A program made the translations under genes and the position numbers. Under the pieces are notes generated by a model that worked only from the letters and a program-made list of their open reading frames with translations, was not told the origin of the DNA and ran no database searches. DNA of 40,220 nt from an uncultured Gemmatimonadota bacterium (lineage in GTDB: Bacteria > Gemmatimonadota > Gemmatimonadetes > Palauibacterales > Palauibacteraceae): assembly GCA_964392705.1 (NCBI GenBank), contig CAYMQZ010000005.1:1-40220 (forward strand), read 5' to 3'. This document shows, in pieces, positions 9,540-16,808 of this stretch; positions within the stretch are counted from its first letter, which is position 1, and each line of letters opens with the position of its first letter.

Positions 9540-9546
9540 GAGCGTC

Positions 9547-11238
9547 TCACCCGCCCTCGAAGCGTCGGCTCCAGCCCGTGCGCTCGCTCAGGACGACGGG
9601 CTTCACGTCGCCCAGCCGCCGCCCCCGGGACTCCTGTCGCAGGTAGGTCCGGTGCGCGCCGCGGCTCACCCGGAAGACGGCCGGAGGGGCCAGTTGTCCG
9701 AGGCGCCGGCAGTGAAGGTAGTGCGGGTTCCGGGAGAGCTCGGCGTCCAGCCGCGCCGCCAGGGCGGAGTCGAGCGGAAGCTCATCTGCCGGGGCGACAT
9801 CGAGCGGAAGCTCGTCCCGGGGCGCCACGGGCAACGTCTCGACCAGGAGCTCGTCCGGAAAGGCGGGCGGGTCTTCCAGGTAGAGCGTGTAGCGGGGGAC
9901 GGCGTCACCGTCGTCCGGCGCCAGCATGGCGAAGGTCGGCGTCCGATCGCCGAACAGCCGCTCCAGGGCCTCCGCCACGAATCCGGCGGCCAGCTTTTCT
10001 CCGCGGAGGTCCGAGATGCCGCCCTCCCGGTCGACGAAGCGGAGGGAGGGCGTCCGGGCGTGGAACCCTTCCACGCGCACGCGGTCCCGCAGCCGATACC
10101 GGTACAGCCCGGCGCCGGTGGTCAGGACCACGCCGTAGGTCTCCCCGGAGCGCAGCTCGGTCACGGTCCGCGGCCGGCCGGTCTCGTCCAGGAACTCGAA
10201 GAAGTGGGAGCGCACGGCCACGAGCCGCGCCCGGCCGATCGGGATGGACACGACGCCCTCGGTCGCCAGCAGGCCCTTCGGCTGGACGGCCACGCCCGGG
10301 AGCCACCGCTCGAGCTCCTCGGCCGCTCCGGCCGAGGGGCCGTCGGCCCAGCAGCTCACGAGCTCCAGGCGCGGCCAGATGCGGTCCCTGGTCTCCGGTC
10401 CGGCGGACTCCAGCTCGCGCGCCCTGGAGCGATCGGCCCGACGCCAGCCCCGCAACTCTCCGCGAAGCGCGATGGGCAGCTCGCCCGGCGGCCGGACGAA
10501 CCCGTCGGCGACGTCGCGGAGCAGGTCGTTCCACCGCTCCCGGATCGTTTCCAGCAGCAGGACGAGGAAGGAGGGGTGCCAGACCGAGACGAGCCGGAGC
10601 TCCCGGGCGCGGAGCAGTCCGAGCGCGCTCAGGTAGCGGAAGCTCCGGGGATCCGGCGCGAGCCGGACCGCCTCGGGCACGGCCAGCGCGCCGCGCACCA
10701 GGCGGCGGCCGAGGCCGCCGACGTAGGCGCTGTCCTCCTCGAAGCCGATCGGGAGGGCCGCGCTCCCCGCCCCGTCGTCCGGGATGGCCGGCGAGACCGA
10801 CCAGTAGGCGGGCCCGCCCCGCAGCTCCGGGCGCCGCGCGAAGAGGTCGGCGACCCACGGCGCCACGGCGCGGCGGTACTCCGCCCCGAACCCGTCCGTC
10901 CAGGGGATGAGCTTCCGAGCGGCCGTGGATCCGGCGCTCGGGAGCAATCGTCGTACCGGCTCGGCGGTCAGGACGCCCGGCTCGCCGTGGCGGATCCGCG
11001 CGATGAGCGGCGCGAGATCGTCGTAGTCGACGATGGGCACGCGACGCCGGTACTCCTCGACGCCACGGATCGTGGCGAAGCCGTGCGCGCGGCCGTAGAC
11101 GGTCCCGGCGTTGCGGCGCAGATAGTCGCGGAGCAGGCGCCGCTGGACGGCGCCCGGATCCCGCAGCGCCCGCTCGAACAGGCGGGCCCGCGGGAGGCAG
11201 GAGAAGTGCCAGAGCGCGTTGGCCGCCCGCGGGTTCAT
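9547..11238 (-). CDS. GH3 family acyl-adenylate-forming enzyme (acyl acid-amido synthetase fold), 563 aa
   Basis: RRVPIVDYDDL; motif I PSAGSTAARKLIP; motif II LLATEG; FFEF; motif III TTGAGLYRYRLRD; FVDR..SDLRGEKL. The ATG overlaps the upstream stop (ATGA). Confidence 0.88.
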   Translation of the reverse strand: MNPRAANALWHFSCLPRARLFERALRDPGAVQRRLLRDYLRRNAGTVYGRAHGFATIRGVEEYRRRVPIVDYDDLAPLIARIRHGEPGVLTAEPVRRLLPSAGSTAARKLIPWTDGFGAEYRRAVAPWVADLFARRPELRGGPAYWSVSPAIPDDGAGSAALPIGFEEDSAYVGGLGRRLVRGALAVPEAVRLAPDPRSFRYLSALGLLRARELRLVSVWHPSFLVLLLETIRERWNDLLRDVADGFVRPPGELPIALRGELRGWRRADRSRARELESAGPETRDRIWPRLELVSCWADGPSAGAAEELERWLPGVAVQPKGLLATEGVVSIPIGRARLVAVRSHFFEFLDETGRPRTVTELRSGETYGVVLTTGAGLYRYRLRDRVRVEGFHARTPSLRFVDREGGISDLRGEKLAAGFVAEALERLFGDRTPTFAMLAPDDGDAVPRYTLYLEDPPAFPDELLVETLPVAPRDELPLDVAPADELPLDSALAARLDAELSRNPHYLHCRRLGQLAPPAVFRVSRGAHRTYLRQESRGRRLGDVKPVVLSERTGWSRRFEGG

Positions 11239-11969
11239 CCGAGGCGTCTCGCCCCCTCCGGCCGGCGCGACGCTCCGTACAGCATCCTGAGACCCGCGCG
11301 GGTGAGGTTGGCGTCGCCCAACTCGGCCAGGCAGACGAGCTCGTCGCCCTCCGCGTGGCCGGGGTTGAGGCGGGCGAACAGCGCCACGTGGGGGTCGTCC
11401 AGCCTGCCGGCGGGCAGCTCGCGGAGGCCGGGCCGCAGGCGCTGGGGGCGGGCGAGGCGCACGATGCCGGTCGTCGGATCGTAGCGGTCGCCGAAGCGCC
11501 GCCGCGCCAGGCGATCGCGCCTCGCGCGCAGCTCGTCGGACGCGGATGAAGCGTGACGCGGATAGAAGCGCCGGCAGAACACGGGGAGAAAGCGGTAGGT
11601 GCGGAAGCCGGAGGTGATCAACAGCCACCACAACCGGCCGGCGCCCTGCCGCGCGTGGAGCCGCCGGACGCCGCGGATCCAGGTCCGGGCCAGGGCCGGC
11701 GAGCCCCGGGACGCCGGCTCGACGATCGTGTCGCCCGAATAGACGACCGTGTGCCGCTGGCCGCTGAGACGGTCCTCGTACAGGAGGAGGGTCGAGAACC
11801 CGACGAGGCGGCGCGATCCGTCCTCGAGCAGGAGCACCCAGTTCTTCTCGGCCAGATCGGCCCGGAACCCGTCGCGGTCCACCCCGAGGAAGTGGCGACG
11901 CAGGAGCCGATACATCGCGGCGGCGCAGGGGGCGTCCACCGCTTGGCGCGGGATCAGGCGGCCATTCAC
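11235..11969 (-). CDS. GNAT-fold hypothetical protein, 244 aa
   Basis: 3' part of ORF 11235-13358. The GTG start overlaps the upstream stop. LVGFST and VVYSGDTIVEPASRGS resemble GNAT beta3/beta4 motif A; also LLITSGFRTYRFL and NPGHAEGDELVC. Confidence 0.75.
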   Translation of the reverse strand: MNGRLIPRQAVDAPCAAAMYRLLRRHFLGVDRDGFRADLAEKNWVLLLEDGSRRLVGFSTLLLYEDRLSGQRHTVVYSGDTIVEPASRGSPALARTWIRGVRRLHARQGAGRLWWLLITSGFRTYRFLPVFCRRFYPRHASSASDELRARRDRLARRRFGDRYDPTTGIVRLARPQRLRPGLRELPAGRLDDPHVALFARLNPGHAEGDELVCLAELGDANLTRAGLRMLYGASRRPEGARRLG

Positions 11970-13294
11970 AGCCTGGCCCCCTCCACCCGGACGTTCCGAG
12001 CGTCGAGCCCCGCCGAGGCCGGGTCGAAATCCCGGTCGTGCACCAGGTAGAGCACGCTCGTGTACGGGCGCCCGCCGAAGCGGCGCCGCAGGGCCGCGAG
12101 CCAGGCGTGCGAGGCGGGCAGGGCCACCGAAAGGTACTCCAGACCCAGACGCGCCGCCCGCCGGCAGGCGGTCTCGACCAGCCGGACCGCCACGGCCTCG
12201 TCGTCGGCGGCCAGGTGGGACAGATGCGCCATCCGGAGGGCCGTGCCGGGGCGGGGGAGGGTCGGCCTGCCCGCCGTCTGCAGCGCCGCGTTCAGCCACG
12301 GACGGAGTCGGCGGAGCCACCCCGCGTAGCCGCTCACCACGCACTGCCGGAGGGGCCGCTGATCCCAGATGGCGCCGCAGCCGACGATGCGGTCCGCCTC
12401 GCGGGCGACGAGGGGATGCCACTGGCCCAGGCTTCCCCCCGCGAGCTCGCGCAGCCGCCCGACGTCCCACCGGGGCGCCAGCCGGTGGCCGCGACTCCGC
12501 CCCTCGAGGTACGCGGCCACGGCGGCGATCTCCTCCGGATCCGGCCGCGCCACCGTGCGCGCGAGCCGCGCCGCCGTCCGTCGCCCCCGCCCCGGCCACC
12601 CCGATCCAAGGCGGGCGACGGACCGCGAGAGCCGTCCCGCCCGCGCCGGGAGCACCAGGGTCACGAGCCCCGCGATCGGGGTGTAGACGGGCAGCCCCGG
12701 AAGTCCCCGCTCCAGGAGCCGCCGGGCGGGGGTGTTGTCGGCCACGATGGCGGTCAGGTCGAACGGAAGCTCGTCCTCCGCCCGGAGCCGCCGGGCGAGG
12801 CCGTAGCCTTCGACCAGGGCACGCCGCCGGAGGCGGTGGCCGGGCGCGGCGCGGAGCTGTCCGAGGTAGCCCAGGAGCGCCGGCCTCCCGTCGAACCACA
12901 CCTCCTGGACCGACCGGCTCCCCATGGCGAGGATCTCGTCCGTCCCCGGGTGGCGGACCACGATCGTCGCCGACCGCTCGCCCCCGAGGCGGGCGGCGGC
13001 CAAGTAGCTCCGCTCGCGCGGGAACGAAAGCCGGATCGAGCCCCCCAGCGGTGCCTCGCGCAGCAGGCGGCGGAGCGCGGGGTCGTCCTCCGGACCGGCG
13101 AGCTCGCAGCGCCAGGCCCGCCCGTCCCGTGGCCGAGCCCCGTCGAGGGGACGGCTTCCCTCCGGCCCCGGAGCCGTGTCGCCACGGCGCTGGTTCGTTC
13201 CCACGCTCTTTCCGGACCGATCGGACGGCGCCGCCGCGCCGCCGGCCTCCCCGCGCCGCGCTGCGGCCACGCCATCCCTCGCCGCCCGGCTCAC
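11966..13294 (-). CDS. Probable tandem GNAT-fold acyltransferase-like protein, ~442 aa
   Basis: The GTG overlaps the rSAM stop. AGPEDDPALRRLLRE..IRLSFPRE; GYLGQLRAAPGHR (motif A-like); TAIVADNTPARRLL; second half IVGCGAIWDQR. The N-terminal ~60 aa are low complexity, so the start is uncertain. Confidence 0.72.
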   Translation of the reverse strand: MSRAARDGVAAARRGEAGGAAAPSDRSGKSVGTNQRRGDTAPGPEGSRPLDGARPRDGRAWRCELAGPEDDPALRRLLREAPLGGSIRLSFPRERSYLAAARLGGERSATIVVRHPGTDEILAMGSRSVQEVWFDGRPALLGYLGQLRAAPGHRLRRRALVEGYGLARRLRAEDELPFDLTAIVADNTPARRLLERGLPGLPVYTPIAGLVTLVLPARAGRLSRSVARLGSGWPGRGRRTAARLARTVARPDPEEIAAVAAYLEGRSRGHRLAPRWDVGRLRELAGGSLGQWHPLVAREADRIVGCGAIWDQRPLRQCVVSGYAGWLRRLRPWLNAALQTAGRPTLPRPGTALRMAHLSHLAADDEAVAVRLVETACRRAARLGLEYLSVALPASHAWLAALRRRFGGRPYTSVLYLVHDRDFDPASAGLDARNVRVEGARL

Positions 13295-14664
13295 GCCTCC
13301 AGCAGCCGTCCCCGCCACGCCTCGTCTCCCAGGGGCAGGCCGTTCCGGCCCTCGACATCGCGCTGGTGCATGGCGTTGATCACGAAAAAGTTCGCCAGCA
13401 TCCACGGGTCGGCACGGTTCACCCTCTGACGGCCCCGGGCCACGATGCTCGGCCACGAGTAGAAGCGGCGCCGGGCTTCGACGCACCGCCGGGCCAGCTC
13501 CTCGGGGGCCATCGTGGCCGGCCGGAACGGTACCATGTTGTAGCGGTAGCGCGGGTCCAGCCACCACGCTTCGTACAGCAGGCGGCCCTCCCGCTCCATC
13601 CGCTCGTACAGCGGCGTTCCCGGGAACGGCGTGATGTGGTTGAAGGCCGCGATGAACAGCCCCTCCTCGCGGGCGAAGCGGATGGCGGTGTCGAAGGCTT
13701 CGGGCGTGTCGCTGTCGTAGCCGAAGATGAAGGTGCCGTAGATCCGGATGCCGTGCCGCCGGAAGTTCGCCATCGCCTGGCGGGGGCCGCCGGCCATCAG
13801 GTTGAACGCTTTGTTCATGGCCCGAAGGCTGGTCGGGTTCAGGCTCTCGAAGCCCACGAGCACGCCCTGGCAGCCGCTCCGCCGCATCAGGTCGAGCGCC
13901 TCCTCGTCGTACGCGACGTTGATGCTCGCCTGGCTCACCCAGCGGACCCTCCGCCCGATCAGCGCCCGCATCAGCTCCTTGGCGGCGGCGAGGTCCGACA
14001 TGATGTTGTCGTCCACGAAGAAGATCATCCGGCCCGGCCTGCGCACCTCCTCGATCTCGGCCAGCACCCGCTCGACCGCGCGGTGGTTCTGCGTGGCGCC
14101 GAAGAACGACTGGATCGCGCAGAAGTCGCAGCGGAAGCGGCAGCCGCGGGCGAACTCGATGAGCCCGATCGGCAGGTATCGGCGTCCGCAGAAGATGGAG
14201 CGGTCCGGCGTCACGATCGCCTCGGGCCGCTCCGTCGCCCGGTAGACCTCCCGCGGCCGGCCGTGCCGATAGTCATCGAGCAGCTCCGGGAAGGCGTCTT
14301 CCGCCTCGCCCACCACGATGGACTCGCAGTAGCGGCTCACCTCCTCCGGGCAGAGGGTGGCGTGGAACCCGCCCATCGCGACCGGAACTCCCCGCGCGCG
14401 ATACTCGCTCGCGATCTGGTACGCCCTCCGGGCCGTGTACGTCTCGACGCTGATCGCCACCAGGTCCGTCGGCTCGTCGTACGGGATCGGCTCGAGCCGG
14501 TCGTCGTAGAACCGCTTCTCGATCCCGGTGGGGGTCAACGCCGCGACGGCCGCCGCCGGGAGCGGCGCCATCCGCCAGGTCCGGATGTAGCGTTTCATCC
14601 CGACGCGCCGCCCGACGCACGGGTGCACGATCGTGAGCCGGAACGGGCGGGTACGGCCGCTCAT
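13291..14664 (-). CDS. Cobalamin-binding radical SAM protein 2, 457 aa
   Basis: B12-domain features DLVAIS..AYQIA..GGFHAT..VGEAE; CxxxCxxC in RGCRFRCDFC; FFVDDN; VGFES; FIFGYDSD; TPFPGTPLY. ATGA coupling. Confidence 0.93.
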   Translation of the reverse strand: MSGRTRPFRLTIVHPCVGRRVGMKRYIRTWRMAPLPAAAVAALTPTGIEKRFYDDRLEPIPYDEPTDLVAISVETYTARRAYQIASEYRARGVPVAMGGFHATLCPEEVSRYCESIVVGEAEDAFPELLDDYRHGRPREVYRATERPEAIVTPDRSIFCGRRYLPIGLIEFARGCRFRCDFCAIQSFFGATQNHRAVERVLAEIEEVRRPGRMIFFVDDNIMSDLAAAKELMRALIGRRVRWVSQASINVAYDEEALDLMRRSGCQGVLVGFESLNPTSLRAMNKAFNLMAGGPRQAMANFRRHGIRIYGTFIFGYDSDTPEAFDTAIRFAREEGLFIAAFNHITPFPGTPLYERMEREGRLLYEAWWLDPRYRYNMVPFRPATMAPEELARRCVEARRRFYSWPSIVARGRQRVNRADPWMLANFFVINAMHQRDVEGRNGLPLGDEAWRGRLLEA

Positions 14665-16148
14665 ACGGCGCCGACGGCCCCCGCGCGCGACCCCGCGCTC
14701 CCGGCGCGCGACTCCGCGGTCCCATCGCGCGACCCCGCGCTCCCGTCGCTCGACCGGCCGGCCCTCGCCTCGCGGCCCGTCGACCACGCGTCGCGGCCCG
14801 TCGACCACGCGTCGCAGGTGTAGAACCGGTGAAGGTCCCACGCGTAGTGCCGGTAGGCCAGGTTCGTCGAGAGGGCCACGTGCCACGGCGCCGCGGTCTG
14901 TCGCAGCCGCCGCCAGGTGGCTCGCCAGCCGTAGGCCAGCTTCCAGGCGCGCTCCGTGCCCCGCTGGAGCTCGTCGACGCCCATGTTCCGGGGCCGGAAG
15001 ACCACGTGCTGCCCGTCGTAGAGTTGCCAGTCGCGGGTGAGGATGCGCCCCTCGGCCTCCAGCCGGCGGTGGAGCTCGGTGCCCGGGAACGGCGTGAGGA
15101 TGGCGAAGCGCGGCAGGTCCACGCCGATCTCCACCGCGAGCCGGGCGGTGCTCTCGAAGGCGTCCGGCCCGTCCGCGTCCATCCCGAACACGAAGCAGCC
15201 CTGTAGCGCGATGCCGCGCTCGTGCAGTCGGCGAACCAGCTCGGGATACCGCTCGGGATCGTTGAACCCCTTCCGCGAGCTCCGGAGGTTCTTCCGCGAG
15301 ATCGACTCGAGGCCCATCAGGAGCCCGCGGCAGCCACTCTCGGCCGCCAGGTCGAGCAACGGCCGGTCGTCGGCCAGCAGGGTCGTGGCCAGCCCGTACC
15401 ATTGGATCCGGAGCGGGACCAACGCCTCGAACAGATCGCGGGCGTACGCGCGGTCCGCGATGAGGTTCAGGTCGATGAAGATGGCGCGCCGCGCGCCCTG
15501 GGCGCGGATGTCGGCCACCACGTCCTCGACCGGCTTCTGGTGCGGCCTGCGCCCCCACGCCGAGGGCACGACGCAGAAGTCGCAGGCGTGGACGCAGCCG
15601 CGGGTCGCCTCGAAGACGTGCGACGTCAGGTAGCGCCGTCGGGGCAGGACCGAGCGGTCGGGCAGCGGGAGGCCGGAGAGGTCGAGGTTGGCCTCCTGCT
15701 CGTAACGGGGGCGCAGCCGTCCGTCGCGGACGTCCCGCAGGAGAGCGGGCCAGCTCGTCTCGGCGTACCCCACCACGATGCTGTCCGCGTGAGGGCTCGC
15801 GTCCTCCGGCACGAGGGTCACGTGCGGCCCGCCCAGGACGACCGGAATCCCGCGCGCCCGGAAGCTTCGGGCCAGCTCGTACGCCCGGAACGCCGTGCCG
15901 GTGATCACCGTCATGCCCACCAGGTCGGCGTCCAGCTCGACGTCGACTTCCTGGATGCCCTCGTCGACGCAGGTCAGCTCGACCTCGACGTCTTCGGGGA
16001 CGAGGGAGGCCAGCGTGGGGAGCGTGAGCGGCATGTACCGGAGCGACCGCCGGAAGATGCCTCCCCGGTGGCGGTAGAGCGGGCCCTTCGGGGAGATGAG
16101 CAGCACCCGGAGGGGACGCCGATCAGCGGGCCGGTCCGAATCCCTCAT
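14661..16148 (-). CDS. Cobalamin-binding radical SAM protein 1, 495 aa
   Basis: RBS ggagagg; PLTLPTLASL..DLVGMT..GGPHVT..VGYAE; RGCVHACDFC; FIDLN; MGLES; FVFGMD; TPFPGTEL. Confidence 0.93.
   Translation of the reverse strand: MRDSDRPADRRPLRVLLISPKGPLYRHRGGIFRRSLRYMPLTLPTLASLVPEDVEVELTCVDEGIQEVDVELDADLVGMTVITGTAFRAYELARSFRARGIPVVLGGPHVTLVPEDASPHADSIVVGYAETSWPALLRDVRDGRLRPRYEQEANLDLSGLPLPDRSVLPRRRYLTSHVFEATRGCVHACDFCVVPSAWGRRPHQKPVEDVVADIRAQGARRAIFIDLNLIADRAYARDLFEALVPLRIQWYGLATTLLADDRPLLDLAAESGCRGLLMGLESISRKNLRSSRKGFNDPERYPELVRRLHERGIALQGCFVFGMDADGPDAFESTARLAVEIGVDLPRFAILTPFPGTELHRRLEAEGRILTRDWQLYDGQHVVFRPRNMGVDELQRGTERAWKLAYGWRATWRRLRQTAAPWHVALSTNLAYRHYAWDLHRFYTCDAWSTGRDAWSTGREARAGRSSDGSAGSRDGTAESRAGSAGSRAGAVGAV
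14683..14815. repeat. 21-bp tandem repeats encoding the low-complexity C-tail of rSAM 1
   Basis: tcgcggcccgtcgaccacgcg x2 (DAWSTGR x2) and ~3 copies of (g/t)cgcgcgaccccgcgctcccg-like units (GSAGSRD/GTAESRA/GSAGSRA). Confidence 0.8.
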
Positions 16149-16225
16149 CGTGCCTCTCCCGTGCGTGCCTCGTTCGGCCGGCGGGCGCCGATGACGCTCC
16201 CGCCGGCCCACGCCGTAACTGCGCC

Positions 16226-16675
16226 TCAGGCCGGCTCCTCGGCCGGCTCGAGCCCCCGCCGGGAGCGCGAGGCCAGCGCGAGCAGCACGAGGAGCGCGAT
16301 GGCCAGGAGCCCGAAGACCGCCGCGTTCACCACGACCCGCCCCGGCGGAATCGCGAAGGTGGCTTCGATCAGCTCCAACTGGAGCAGCCGCTGCAGGACG
16401 CGGAGCAGGAGGACGACGGCGAAGCCGACCACGACGGCCCGGTAGCGGATCGGATCCAGAGCGGCGGCCACCCCCGCCACCCCGAGCCCGACCATGAACG
16501 CGCCGAGCATCTGGGCCAGGTACGTCAGGGGGACGCTCCACTCCAGATCGGCCCCGTAGAGCCGCGCCACCTGTTCCTGGAAGCCCGGGGAGACGAAGCC
16601 CCCGAGCCCGAGCACGAGGTGGGAGAGGGCGACGAACCACAGAAGCACCTTGAGGATGCGCAGGGTATCGTTCAT
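16226..16675 (-). CDS. Small four-TM membrane protein, 149 aa, first gene of the rSAM-GH3 cluster
   Basis: RBS gaggag before MNDTLRILK; four hydrophobic segments; no recognised enzyme motif. Confidence 0.8.
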   Translation of the reverse strand: MNDTLRILKVLLWFVALSHLVLGLGGFVSPGFQEQVARLYGADLEWSVPLTYLAQMLGAFMVGLGVAGVAAALDPIRYRAVVVGFAVVLLLRVLQRLLQLELIEATFAIPPGRVVVNAAVFGLLAIALLVLLALASRSRRGLEPAEEPA

Positions 16676-16808
16676 CGGCGACGACTCCTCCCGGAAGGGT
16701 GAGGGCCGGGACGGCGACTCCTCGAGGGAGGAGCCCGGGTCCGCGTACGAGGGCAAGCTACGCTCGTCGAGGCCCCCTTACAACGTTCGTGTCGCTGTCG
16801 GGGATTCT

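Noticed and set aside
11235-13358. Single 707-aa protein
   Set aside because: The first ~460 codons overlap the real 11966-13294 gene in another frame; the real start is the GTG at 11969 coupled to the upstream stop.
9520-14823. Long plus-strand ORFs (654 aa and 1024 aa)
   Set aside because: Antisense to the well-supported GH3/GNAT/rSAM genes and lack motifs.
16149-16225. RiPP precursor peptide for the radical SAM pair
   Set aside because: No short ORF with an RBS and leader/core character here or beside the cluster, and the rSAMs show no SPASM cysteine motif or RRE; a distant precursor cannot be excluded.
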